Positions 36,578 through 46,504 of a stretch of 56,957 bases of DNA are shown in pieces. The position numbers and the translations under genes were made by a program. Under the pieces are notes generated by a model, which made no database searches, was not told where the DNA came from, and saw nothing but the letters and a program-made list of their open reading frames with translations. The number at the start of each line of letters is the position of its first letter. Positions within the stretch are counted from its first letter, which is position 1. The stretch is from Clostridia bacterium (GTDB taxonomy: Bacteria; Bacillota; Clostridia; Oscillospirales; CAG-272): the NCBI GenBank assembly GCA_017938885.1, contig JAGBAS010000066.1, positions 1 through 56,957 on the forward strand, written 5' to 3'.

Positions 36578-38041
36578 TCACTCGGCGTTCCGCTCATCCA
36601 AGAAGTCCGTCACCTTACTGATCTCCTTCAGTGCCACTCGCTCGTAACCCTTAAACGTAGAGGCGATACCGATACCTCCCTTTTTGTCCAGGAAAGCCTT
36701 CGTGATGGGGAAGCGCAGGCTCTCAAACCAAATGGTATCCCCCAGATCCACCGACAAGGTAGAGAGAATGATCTTCATCATATCCACCGAATCGGGGTCT
36801 CGGACGTACTGGGCGGTGAGGGCCTGGTCGTAGTAGGCCTTATAGACGGTTCCGTAGGAGTAGTAAGCCAAAGCCTGCATGATAACGCTTGTGCGCTCTG
36901 GGTTCTTGGTGTTGGTGGGCACGCAATGGAGCCAGGCATCACCGCAGCGGGAGACGTAATCCTCCTGCAATTCGTCGTACATGGGCCAAGGAAGAACACC
37001 GTAATCCAGCTCGGTGGCCTTGAGCTTGGACAGTTCACCGATACCCGTGGATAAAAAGAGCGCGTTCCCCTCCATGAAGGTCTGTAGACGCTTCTCGTCA
37101 GCTCCATAGACATCGAAAGCCTCGGTGGCGAACTGAGCAGCAGCCTCCTGCATGATGTCGATCATACGCTCATTGCCGTGGGCGGTATACACGGGGAGGT
37201 CATTTTCATCCTTAAAAATGAGCTTTTCGCCCGTACTGACCCAAAAGCAAGGGATGGTACGGTCGTAGTTTCCGATCAAACCCAGGACGTCCTCACCGAA
37301 GCGAATGCTTCCGTCTCCATTGGTGTCGCCCGTAGCCTCCGCTGCCAGCGTATAGAGACGGTCAAAGGTCCATTTTCGGTTCCGGACGTCGTCATAGAGA
37401 TTCCCCATGTTCTGCTCAGCAACGATCTCCTTGTTGTAGAAGAGGGCCGAGGACAGGGAGAATACGTTGATGTTTTCGGAACCGTAGGCAAAGAAGGTAT
37501 TGTTTCCGATCGTAAACTGGCTATTGATGTCCTCAAAGTAGTATTCCTTATCGGTGTCCACATAGGGAAGTCGGTCATAGTTGATGAGGAGATTGCGCAG
37601 AGCAGCACTGAAGGCGTTCCGGCTGATAAGCATAATCAGGTCATAGCCATCATCTCCCGAACCCGCCATGACCTGTTTTTCCATAGTGACATAGTTGGCG
37701 GTAATATCGGAGGTCTCGCATTGGAATTCAATATCGTACTCGTTTTCGATCCTGCGGTTGCGTTCATAGATCGAGTCGTTGACGGCTTCTCCCGTGAGCT
37801 TACCGGGATCAAGTGCAGTATAATGGGTCTCGCTGGCAATGCTGCAAACCCGGAAGACATAACCGTCGTAACTTACGTTGGGGTTTTCCAAGGTAGCGCG
37901 GGGATCCTCCTCAGTAGCGGTCTCGCCGGCAGAGCCGCTGACTGCTGTATCCTCTCCTATATCGGGTGAAGAACAGGAAACGGCTGTCAAACATCCGAGA
38001 AGCAAGCAAAGGGAAAGCAAAATAGATAGTATACGCCACAT
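36578..38041 (-). CDS. extracellular solute-binding lipoprotein (sugar-binding family-like)
   Basis: lipobox AVSC, IYERNRRIE, WTFD, DTNGDG loop, YGVLPWP. Confidence 0.8.
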   Translation of the reverse strand: MWRILSILLSLCLLLGCLTAVSCSSPDIGEDTAVSGSAGETATEEDPRATLENPNVSYDGYVFRVCSIASETHYTALDPGKLTGEAVNDSIYERNRRIENEYDIEFQCETSDITANYVTMEKQVMAGSGDDGYDLIMLISRNAFSAALRNLLINYDRLPYVDTDKEYYFEDINSQFTIGNNTFFAYGSENINVFSLSSALFYNKEIVAEQNMGNLYDDVRNRKWTFDRLYTLAAEATGDTNGDGSIRFGEDVLGLIGNYDRTIPCFWVSTGEKLIFKDENDLPVYTAHGNERMIDIMQEAAAQFATEAFDVYGADEKRLQTFMEGNALFLSTGIGELSKLKATELDYGVLPWPMYDELQEDYVSRCGDAWLHCVPTNTKNPERTSVIMQALAYYSYGTVYKAYYDQALTAQYVRDPDSVDMMKIILSTLSVDLGDTIWFESLRFPITKAFLDKKGGIGIASTFKGYERVALKEISKVTDFLDERNAE

Positions 38042-38093
38042 ATTATTTTTCACGACTTGATATTTATTCCGGTAAGCACTGAATTGTATAGAC

Positions 38094-39431
38094 TCAGCCA
38101 AGGCGTGCTTCCAGCTCGGCGCGCATATCCTCATAGCCGGGCTTACCTAACAGGGCGAACATATTCTTCTTATAGGCCTCCACACCGGGCTGGTTGAAGG
38201 GATTGACCCCCAGGATGTAGCCCGAGATGGCGCAGGCCAGCTCGAAGAAGTAGATGAGGTATCCAAGCGAGTAGGCAGACTTGTCGTGAAGCTCAATGAG
38301 CATATTGGGCACTCCGCCATCCACGTGAGCCAGGAGAGTGGCCTGCATAGCGGTCTTCTTGACCAGATTCAGATCCATACCCGACAGGAAATTCAGCCCG
38401 TCGATATTGGCGGGGTCGTTCGGAATGGGATAGATCACGGGGGACTCCTCAATGGCGATCACCGTCTCAAAGAGGTTGCGGTTTCCGTCCTGGATGTACT
38501 GGCCCAGAGAGTGGAGGTCGGTGGAGAAGATCACGGATGCGGGGAAGATACCGCGCTGATCCTTGCCCTCGCTCTCGCCGTAGAGCTGCTTCCACCACTC
38601 GTTGAGCATGGTCTGGTAGGGCTCGTAGCCAACCAGGATCTCGGTGGTCTTACCCTTGCGGTAGAGAATGTTGCGGATGGCGGCGTACTTGTAGCAATCG
38701 TTGGCGTTCAGATCGGGGTTCTTGTAGGCCTCCATGGCGGCGGCGGCTCCCTGCATGAGGCCGTCGATATCGATACCGGCAACGGCAATGGGAAGCAGTC
38801 CCACGGCAGTCAGCACCGAGAAGCGGCCGCCCACGTCGTCGGGCACCACGAAAGTCTCGTAGCCGGCCTCGTCGGAGAAGTGCTTCAGCGTACCTCTGGC
38901 CTTATCGGTGGTGACGAAGATGCGCTCGCGGGCTCCCTCCACGCCGTACTTCTGCTCCAGCAGAGCGCGGAATACCCGGAAGGCCACGGCGGGCTCGGTG
39001 GTGGTACCCGACTTGGAGATGACGTTGATGCAGATATCCTTGCCCTCGCAGATCTTCAGAAGCTCGTCAATGGCGAAGGCGGAGATGTTGTTGCCTGCGT
39101 AGTAGATATCGGGGGTGTCCTTTTTCGTATTGTTGTACAGGGGAGACTTGACGAATTCAATCACGGCGCGGGCTCCGAGGTAAGAGCCGCCGATACCGAT
39201 GGCGATGAAGATATCGCAGGACTTCTGGATCTTCGCAGCGGCAGCCTTGATGCGGGCGAACTCCTCCTTGTCGTAGTCCACGGGGAGGGTGGTCCATCCC
39301 AGGAAGTCGTTTCCGGCCCCCGCGCGGGAGGTCAGGAGATCATGAGCCAGGGTGACCTGGGGCTGGATGTTGGTCAGCTCCTCGGCGGACACAAAGGAGG
39401 AAAGGTAATTGGCGTTGAGGCGAACGGACAT
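38094..39431 (-). CDS. pgi: glucose-6-phosphate isomerase
   Basis: [42 protein letters not shown]. Confidence 0.97.
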   Translation of the reverse strand: MSVRLNANYLSSFVSAEELTNIQPQVTLAHDLLTSRAGAGNDFLGWTTLPVDYDKEEFARIKAAAAKIQKSCDIFIAIGIGGSYLGARAVIEFVKSPLYNNTKKDTPDIYYAGNNISAFAIDELLKICEGKDICINVISKSGTTTEPAVAFRVFRALLEQKYGVEGARERIFVTTDKARGTLKHFSDEAGYETFVVPDDVGGRFSVLTAVGLLPIAVAGIDIDGLMQGAAAAMEAYKNPDLNANDCYKYAAIRNILYRKGKTTEILVGYEPYQTMLNEWWKQLYGESEGKDQRGIFPASVIFSTDLHSLGQYIQDGNRNLFETVIAIEESPVIYPIPNDPANIDGLNFLSGMDLNLVKKTAMQATLLAHVDGGVPNMLIELHDKSAYSLGYLIYFFELACAISGYILGVNPFNQPGVEAYKKNMFALLGKPGYEDMRAELEARLG

Positions 39432-39519
39432 AGATATATACCTACCTTTTCAAAAATTTTATTGCTTGTATTATACACGATTTCGGGAATTTTTTCAAGA
39501 GGATTTTCAAAAAAACATC

Positions 39520-40953
39520 TCACTTCAAGGGCTGTGGCACGACCTGCACCTTCAGCACGTCGGTGGTACCGCTCTCGCCGGTACCGCCTGCGGTAACCAC
39601 CACGCGGTCCCCCGCCTTGACATAGCCAAAACGCTTGGCACAATCCACGGCGTGGGTCACGAGGACGTTGGTATCGGGCTGGTAGATGGCGGGGATGGGG
39701 TACACGCCCCAGCAGAGAGCGAGCTGATTGTAGGTCTTCTCGTCGGGGGTGGCAGCCACGATGGGCTCCACGGGACGGAACTTGGAGAGGTGCTGGGCGG
39801 TATAGCCCGAGCGGGTGACGGTGAGGATGGCGGCGGCACCGAGGTCGCGGGCGGTGGTGCAGGCGGCGTCGCAGATGGCGTCGGTGGCGTCACCGGGATA
39901 ACGCTCGTGGCCCGCGATAGCGCGGTAGGCACCGATCTCAAAGGCATCCTTCTCGGCCTGGGCGGCGATCTTGCCCATGACCTTCACCACGCGAGCGGGG
40001 TGGTCGCCCATGGCGGTCTCACCCGACAGCATGACCGCCGATGTGCCGTCGAACACGGCGTTGGCCACGTCTGTGATCTCGGCTCTCGTGGGGGTGGTAT
40101 TGTGGATCATGGACTCCAGCATCTGAGTGGCGGTGATGACCACCTTACCCGACTGGTAGCAACGGCGGATAAACCGCTTTTGCAGACCCGGGAGCCGCTC
40201 GTAGTCCACCTCCACGCCCATATCGCCGCGAGCTACCATGATACCGTTGGCGGCCTCCAGGATGGACTCGAAGTTCTCAATGCCCTCGGCGTTCTCGATC
40301 TTGGCCAGTATGCGGATATTGTGGCCGCCGTAGTAGTCCAGATAGTTGCGCATGGCATACACGTCGTCGGCGGAGCGGACAAAGGATGCGGCGATGTAGT
40401 CCACGTCCATCTCCACGCCAAAGCGAAGATCGGCCATGTCCTGCTCGGAGAGGTAAGGGATATCCAGGTGTACGCCGGGAAGGTTGACCCCCTTGCGGTT
40501 GGTAACGTCTCCCCCGATGACCACCACGCAAGTGATGTCGGTTTCTGTCAAGTCGGTGACCCGAAGCTCCAGGCGGCCGTCGTCGATCAGCACGCGGTCA
40601 CCGACCTTGAGGCAGGCCGGCAGGTCCGTATAGGTGACCGACACGCGGGTGTTGTCCCCCTCGATCTCTTCGGTAGTGAGGATGAAGGTGCTTCCCTCCG
40701 CCAGCGTGGTACCGCCATCCTTAAAGGTACGGAGGCGCACCTCAGGGCCCTTGGTGTCCAGCATGATGGCGGCTGGGACGCCCAGACGGCCACGGGCGCG
40801 GCGGAAGGTTTCGATCATCTCACGGTGGTATTCGTGATCCCCATGGGAGAAGTTGAGGCGGGCGACGTTCATACCCGCTTTGAGCATTTCGGTCATGACC
40901 TTTTCGGATCGGGAGGCGGGACCGAGGGTGCAGACGATTTTCGTTTTGAGCAT
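39520..40953 (-). CDS. pyk: pyruvate kinase
   Basis: KTKIVCTLGP, RLNFSHG, DTKGPE, AKIEN, MVARGDMG, ATQMLESM, MLSGETA. Confidence 0.97.
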   Translation of the reverse strand: MLKTKIVCTLGPASRSEKVMTEMLKAGMNVARLNFSHGDHEYHREMIETFRRARGRLGVPAAIMLDTKGPEVRLRTFKDGGTTLAEGSTFILTTEEIEGDNTRVSVTYTDLPACLKVGDRVLIDDGRLELRVTDLTETDITCVVVIGGDVTNRKGVNLPGVHLDIPYLSEQDMADLRFGVEMDVDYIAASFVRSADDVYAMRNYLDYYGGHNIRILAKIENAEGIENFESILEAANGIMVARGDMGVEVDYERLPGLQKRFIRRCYQSGKVVITATQMLESMIHNTTPTRAEITDVANAVFDGTSAVMLSGETAMGDHPARVVKVMGKIAAQAEKDAFEIGAYRAIAGHERYPGDATDAICDAACTTARDLGAAAILTVTRSGYTAQHLSKFRPVEPIVAATPDEKTYNQLALCWGVYPIPAIYQPDTNVLVTHAVDCAKRFGYVKAGDRVVVTAGGTGESGTTDVLKVQVVPQPLK

Positions 40954-41147
40954 ATGCAAGCTCCTTGGAAGTAGTATTTCAGGATTATTATACCACATTT
41001 CTTTGGATTTGTATATAGCCAAAAAAATATTTCGATAATTTTTCAAAAGAACGTAATATTCCGGTGTTTTTTTGTGTCTTATAAGGTGAGAAGTCGTTCC
41101 ACCGTCTCTCCTTGGGATGATCGGTCGCATTTTGGGATGTTCGGTTG

Positions 41148-41176
41148 TTGACAGGAGGAGAGGGATGTAGTATAAT
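41148..41176 (+). promoter_or_regulatory. sigma-A promoter of the LRR pair
   Basis: perfect TTGACA-17 bp-TATAAT. Confidence 0.8.
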
Positions 41177-41205
41177 GGTATCAAACCTAAAGAAACGAGG
41201 TACAT

Positions 41206-42300
41206 ATGATGGACAACGAAAAGAACAGGGCATTCGAAACGGCCGCTGCTCCCGCCGTTCAGCCCGCCAAGGGCTTGGCTCTGGCCAGCTTTCTGTGCGG
41301 ACTGAGCTCTGTGGTGTGCTGTATGGGCGTGCCTGCCTCGGTGGTGGGGCTTGTGCTGGGAAGCGTAGCCAAGAAAAAGGGTAACCGTTCCGCCCTACGC
41401 AAGGTAGGCACGGTGTTCAGCATCATTGGTATCGTTTTCCACGTGCTTCTCATGGTGCTCGCCGCTACGGTGATGCCCGCTATTCTGGACGAGATCGCTC
41501 CCGGAATGTTCAGTGACGGATCCATGGAGAGCGTCACGAATTCCTCCGCTCATATTCCCGAGGAGGAGACCACCCGCGAGCTGACGGCGGTGGAGATGCT
41601 GGTCTACACGGCCAACGGGGACGGCACCTACGCGGTGTCGGTCCAAAGCGGCATGACCCTTCCCCAGGAGGTGGCCATCCCCGCCCGCTACAACGGCGGC
41701 ACTGTCACCGAGATCGCCCCGTCGGGGTTCATGGGACAGACCCGCCTGCGTAGGATCAGTCTTCCCGATACCATCACCGCCATCGGCGGAGCGGCCTTCC
41801 AGGGGTGCCGCAATCTGACCGGGATCGACCTTCCCAAGAGTGTGGCCTCCATCGGTCCCTTGGCCTTCTCCGAGTGTCGGAGCCTGGAGCGGATCAAGAT
41901 TCCCGAGGGCATCACCGAGATCCCCGACTCCTGCTTCGCGGGGTGTGTTTCTCTGGTCGAGGTACAGCTTCCCTCCACCCTGACCCGGGTCTCGGACTAC
42001 GCGTTTCTGGAATGCAAGCAGCTGATCGGCATGGTTCTGCCCGATTCCATCACCTATATCGGCGAGGGGGCCTTCCGTGAGATCACGGAGCCTCACTTCA
42101 CCCTGCCCGCCTCGGTGGAATACATCGGACGTGAGGGGCTGGCTATCCGCGAGCTGACCGCCATCGTCTACCCCGGTACTCTGGAGGAGTGGGAGAACAA
42201 GGTGGTCAAGGAGGAGGATTGGTACCGTCCCGTGCTGGATGGCGATAAGCTCCTCTACATTATCTGTGTAGACGGGACCATCGATCTGCGGGACAAATGA
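41206..42300 (+). CDS. membrane protein with DUF4190-like two-TM N-terminus and BspA-type leucine-rich repeats
   Basis: two TM segments, then repeats such as ISLPDTITAIGGAAFQGC and IDLPKSVASIGPLAFSEC. Confidence 0.85.
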   Translation: MMDNEKNRAFETAAAPAVQPAKGLALASFLCGLSSVVCCMGVPASVVGLVLGSVAKKKGNRSALRKVGTVFSIIGIVFHVLLMVLAATVMPAILDEIAPGMFSDGSMESVTNSSAHIPEEETTRELTAVEMLVYTANGDGTYAVSVQSGMTLPQEVAIPARYNGGTVTEIAPSGFMGQTRLRRISLPDTITAIGGAAFQGCRNLTGIDLPKSVASIGPLAFSECRSLERIKIPEGITEIPDSCFAGCVSLVEVQLPSTLTRVSDYAFLECKQLIGMVLPDSITYIGEGAFREITEPHFTLPASVEYIGREGLAIRELTAIVYPGTLEEWENKVVKEEDWYRPVLDGDKLLYIICVDGTIDLRDK

Positions 42301-42330
42301 CGCAAGCGAATGAATGAAAGAGGTACGACT

Positions 42331-43107
42331 ATGAATGACGATCGTTTCATCAACCCCAAGGTGCCCCCCGTGCCCCAGCATCAGCCCGCCAAGGGGCTGG
42401 CTCTGGGCAGCTTTCTGTGCGGTCTGGGCTCCCTCGTCTGCTGTATGCCCCCCGCCTCTGTCGTAGGATTGATCCTGGGCGGGATCGCCAAAAAGAAGGG
42501 CAACCGCTCGGGCCTGCGGAGAGCGGGTGTGGTTTGCAGTATCATGGGCTTGATCCTGACGGTGGCTGTGACCGTACTGGGCGTATTCGCGGTGATGGAC
42601 TACATGGAGACAGCCCATCTCACCTTCTCCAAGGCCGAGGGCGGTTGGGCGGTCTGCGTCAAGGCGGGTGAGTATCCCGAGCATATGGAGCTTCCCGCCA
42701 AATACAACGGCATCCCCGTGGTCGCCATCGGAGAAAACGCCTTTACCGACGCCGAGGGGATCGTGACCGTCACCATTCCCGACACCGTGACCGTCATTGA
42801 AGAAAACGCCTTTACCCATTCAGAAAAGCTGAAGGAGATCGTCATTCCCGAGGGTGTAACCGTCATTGAGAATTTCGCCTTCCGTGACTGTCCCAAGTTG
42901 ACCTCAATCGATCTGCCCGCCAGCCTGGAGAGCATCGGTGCCGCCGCGTTTTTTACGGATTCGAATCTGAAATCCATCCGCTACCACGGTACCATGGCCC
43001 AGTGGAAGCGGATTCGCAAAGCCCGCAACTGGTACGAACGGACGCAGTACGGATCCCTTGACATCATCTGCGAGGACGGAACCATTACCCTGACAGAGGG
43101 TTTCTGA
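42331..43107 (+). CDS. paralogous DUF4190-like + BspA-type LRR protein (fewer repeats)
   Basis: shared QPAKGLAL.SFLCGL...CCM...AKKKGNRS N-terminus; IPDTVTVIEENAF repeats. Confidence 0.85.
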   Translation: MNDDRFINPKVPPVPQHQPAKGLALGSFLCGLGSLVCCMPPASVVGLILGGIAKKKGNRSGLRRAGVVCSIMGLILTVAVTVLGVFAVMDYMETAHLTFSKAEGGWAVCVKAGEYPEHMELPAKYNGIPVVAIGENAFTDAEGIVTVTIPDTVTVIEENAFTHSEKLKEIVIPEGVTVIENFAFRDCPKLTSIDLPASLESIGAAAFFTDSNLKSIRYHGTMAQWKRIRKARNWYERTQYGSLDIICEDGTITLTEGF

Positions 43108-43123
43108 TTCCGAAAGCTTCCAA

Positions 43124-43152
43124 AAAGCCCCGCCGAGCTTCGGCGGGGCTTT
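43124..43152. terminator. bidirectional terminator
   Basis: AAAGCCCCGCCGA-GCT-TCGGCGGGGCTTT between convergent genes. Confidence 0.85.
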
Positions 43153-43171
43153 GCGTTGCGGCCTTGGAGGA

Positions 43172-44500
43172 TCAGGAAAAGTCCTCTTCCTCGGCCCGAT
43201 ATGCATAGGCGGGGGTGAATACCATGACCTCATCGGCGTTCAACGGCAAAATATCCAGCGTGTCGCGGGTAACGGTCAGAGACTTCACGGTTCGACCGTT
43301 TCCCGTGATTCGAAAGAGGGTATCACCCGCCCGTATAAACAGGGCGTTTCCTCCGAAGCAGAGGGAGGAGGCGTCTCCTGCTTTCAAGATGGGGTGCTCG
43401 CCCGAAAGCTCCAGACGGTATTCTTCCCGTGCGTTTCGGTCGTAGACCGTCAGCACCGAGGCGGTCAGCTCTTCGGTCGCGGAGGCTAATACGGCTATAG
43501 TCCCCCATCCAATGGCGGCCAAGGCGGGAACACTTCCGGAAAAGATGGTTTCCCCCGTTACGGTGGCGTCCCCATCAAAAACCATAAGGCGATCCGAAAG
43601 GAGAACCGCGAAGCGGTCGTCCGTGACGAATCCGCAGGTGCTCCCCAGCGAACCCGATATGACCGCAGAGCTTTCGGTGATCCGATTACCGATGCGAATA
43701 ACCGTGATCTTTGTGACCCAAATACCGTTCTGCGCCTCGGCTGAGACAACACCCAGGCGGTCTCCCTCGGCATTCATGGCCAAGCCCGTTACGTAGCCGT
43801 TCAGGTGATAATCGGCCAGCCGCTCCATATTGCCGTCATAGAGCAGTACCTCGGAGGTATAGTCCCGCGAGCGGGTGACCACCGCAAAGCTTCCGTTTCC
43901 GCCTGCGGCGGCATCATAGATCGGGAACTCCGTGGTCTCGGCATGAACCCGGACAAAGGCGTTATACACGGCGAATGAGGACTCTCCCCGACCGAAGGTG
44001 ATGCAAAAGCGGTCGCCCGCCACGATGCACGGATCGGCATACGCCACGTTATCCGACAAGGTCTGCCGTCCCGAGCCGCTCATGACCGTAACGACCTCGC
44101 TGCCGGCAATCGCGATCCCGCCCCGAAACAGGGCGAAATCCCCTTCGGCTGAGGATATAGGATAGCTGATATGATCCGCCTCGGAATGGGCGGTAAGGGT
44201 TGACGCCCCGATGTCCTTAGCCAGATAGTACAGATTTTCGTAGGTGATGAGCCTGTGATTGCTGACCACCGTCACCACCACAAAAACCAAGAGCACCATG
44301 TACAGCACCACTCGGGCAAAGCTCATGCGGGCGGCCAGGCTTTCGTAGTAGGGGATGGAGGGGGATGAAAAGTCGATGGGCTCCCCCGAAAGCACCTCGT
44401 CGGTCTGCCTGCCGAAGCCGCGAACCGAGCTGTAGGCGCGTTCGTAGAGCTCTCTGAATAGCCGCTTCAGGCGGGGTATGGGATTGGCGGGCGGTTTCAC
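43172..44500 (-). CDS. membrane-anchored beta-propeller-like protein (DUF5711-like)
   Basis: single N-terminal TM followed by beta-strand-rich repeats; GTG start with AGGAG RBS; family from memory. Confidence 0.6.
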   Translation of the reverse strand: MKPPANPIPRLKRLFRELYERAYSSVRGFGRQTDEVLSGEPIDFSSPSIPYYESLAARMSFARVVLYMVLLVFVVVTVVSNHRLITYENLYYLAKDIGASTLTAHSEADHISYPISSAEGDFALFRGGIAIAGSEVVTVMSGSGRQTLSDNVAYADPCIVAGDRFCITFGRGESSFAVYNAFVRVHAETTEFPIYDAAAGGNGSFAVVTRSRDYTSEVLLYDGNMERLADYHLNGYVTGLAMNAEGDRLGVVSAEAQNGIWVTKITVIRIGNRITESSAVISGSLGSTCGFVTDDRFAVLLSDRLMVFDGDATVTGETIFSGSVPALAAIGWGTIAVLASATEELTASVLTVYDRNAREEYRLELSGEHPILKAGDASSLCFGGNALFIRAGDTLFRITGNGRTVKSLTVTRDTLDILPLNADEVMVFTPAYAYRAEEEDFS

Positions 44501-44512
44501 GGTACCCCTCCT

Positions 44513-45319
44513 TTACAGTGGAATGGTTGGATGGTATCCCTCTTTCTCGGGATGGTTATAGAACACCCGATCCAGGTACAGGCCATCGGCAGGTGCGGTG
44601 CGTCCGAGCCGGCCGCGATCCAAGGAGGCCAGACGGGCGGGAATGGAATCGGGATCAAGCTTGCCTTCCCCGACCTCGGCAAGGGTGCCCACCATGATGC
44701 GTACCATGTTATACAGGAATCCGTCGGCACGGACACGGAAGAGAAGGAAATCGCCCTCTCGGGTCAAAGATGCCGAAAACACGGTGCGGGTGGTATCCGC
44801 CACCTTGGAGCCCGAGGCCATACAAGCGGCGAAATCCCGTTTCCCTACGAAGGCGGCGGCGGCTTGTTGCATGGCGGCGAAGCCCGTCTCGCTGATGGGG
44901 CGGGGATAATGCCAGGCGCGGCCGGAATAGAAGGGATCGCGGTTCTGGGTATTCAGAATGCGGTACAGGTACTCCTTGGATGTCACCGAATAGCGCGCGT
45001 GGAAATCTTCGGGTGCCCAAAGAGCCGCGTAGGCGGCAACGGCCTCGGGTAGGTGAATATTCAGAGCGCGCGGAAGACGGTCGAGGGGGATCGTCGTATC
45101 CAGGCAATCCTCGCCGCGTGCGGTAACGGTGGCGCAGAACATATTGGCATGTACACCGCTGTCGGTGCGTGAACAGCCCGTAATATCGCAGGGATAGCCG
45201 AATAGGGCTTCAGTTCCCTCATTGAGGGCTTGCTGGACGGAGTAACCGTTCTTCTGAGCCTGGTAGCCGCAAAAGTGGCTTCCGTCATAGCGGAGATAGA
45301 GAAGTAGCTTACGGGGCAC
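44513..45319 (-). CDS. truA: tRNA pseudouridine(38-40) synthase
   Basis: YDGSHFCGYQ, SRTDSGVHA, FHARYS, GFLYNMVRIMVG, APADGLYL. Confidence 0.96.
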   Translation of the reverse strand: MPRKLLLYLRYDGSHFCGYQAQKNGYSVQQALNEGTEALFGYPCDITGCSRTDSGVHANMFCATVTARGEDCLDTTIPLDRLPRALNIHLPEAVAAYAALWAPEDFHARYSVTSKEYLYRILNTQNRDPFYSGRAWHYPRPISETGFAAMQQAAAAFVGKRDFAACMASGSKVADTTRTVFSASLTREGDFLLFRVRADGFLYNMVRIMVGTLAEVGEGKLDPDSIPARLASLDRGRLGRTAPADGLYLDRVFYNHPEKEGYHPTIPL

Positions 45320-45411
45320 GGAGGCTCTCCTTTCGGTCGTTCTTTCATGCGGAAAGTTCTATCAGTATACCATATTCCCCATGAAATGTCAAGAGCGGCC
45401 AAGGCCTTTTC

Positions 45412-46314
45412 TCAGTCACCCATAAAATCCGGGGTATAGGCCTTGGTGGCGGCATCCTTCCCTTGGCTGAAGCCCGTAAGCCCCAGGCGGTCGGCCTCCT
45501 CCAGCACCGAGGTATATTCAAACTCGGTCACACGGCGGCGAAGATTCTTGTGGGGGCAATCCATAGCGAAGTCAGGCGTGTACTGGCGCATGACCGACAC
45601 ACGGATCCCGCTCGGCGGAAGGAGGCCGGCGACGTGGCGAAGGACGGCTATGGAATCATTGCGGCAGCCCGGGAGAACCAGATGTCGGATCAAGACTCCC
45701 CTCTTTGCCAGGTGATCCTCTTCCCGGTACGCGCCCGTCTGGCGGTACATTTCCAGCAGAGCCTCGGTGGCTCTTTGGGGATAATCGGGAGCCGCAGAAT
45801 AGGCGGCGGCCAGATCGGCTGAGAGGTACTTGAAATCGGGAAGGTACACGTCCACCAAGCCCTCCAGTTGCCGCAGGGACTCGGTCGATTCATAGCCACC
45901 GCTGTTCCAGACCACGGGGATATGCAGACGGGGCTTGAGCTTCTCGAGCAGGCTCGCAAGGGGTGCGGTATAGTGAGTCGGCGTGACAAGGTTGATATTG
46001 TGTACTCCTTGCTCCTGTAGCCCGAGGATGGCATCGGTCAACTCGTCCTCGGATATCGTGCGCCCTCTTCCCTCTCGGCTGATCTCGCGGTTCTGGCAGA
46101 ATATACAGCGAAAATTACAGCCGGAAAAGAAAACAGTGCCCGAGCCCCGTTCTCCGCTGATAGGAGGCTCCTCCCACAAATGCGGGGCTATGCGGGCGAC
46201 GCGGTATGCGGCGGCTTCACCGCAAAAGCCCACCTGCCCGGCGGCGCGGTCGATCCCACAGCGGCGGGGGCAAAGAGTACAGGCAGTCATGGGAGTATTG
46301 TCCACAGGGTTCAT
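45412..46314 (-). CDS. radical SAM protein, PflX-like
   Basis: N-terminal CTLCPRRC, EEPPISG, CNFRCIFC (CxxxCxxC), DVYLPDFKY, RHLVLPG. Confidence 0.88.
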   Translation of the reverse strand: MNPVDNTPMTACTLCPRRCGIDRAAGQVGFCGEAAAYRVARIAPHLWEEPPISGERGSGTVFFSGCNFRCIFCQNREISREGRGRTISEDELTDAILGLQEQGVHNINLVTPTHYTAPLASLLEKLKPRLHIPVVWNSGGYESTESLRQLEGLVDVYLPDFKYLSADLAAAYSAAPDYPQRATEALLEMYRQTGAYREEDHLAKRGVLIRHLVLPGCRNDSIAVLRHVAGLLPPSGIRVSVMRQYTPDFAMDCPHKNLRRRVTEFEYTSVLEEADRLGLTGFSQGKDAATKAYTPDFMGD

Positions 46315-46504
46315 GATGATCTCCTCGGCATCTTTCGTATTGCTCTATTGATTTATTATACAACAAATCGGGACAGATTGCAAGTTTTTTGTGATTATTT
46401 TTAGTTTACAAATTGCCCTTCCCGTGGTATAATAGTATTTGGTTTATTGTATCCGCATACGGGTATAGTTCTCCTTCCGATGAAAGGATGCCCTCGGGCG
46501 CACG

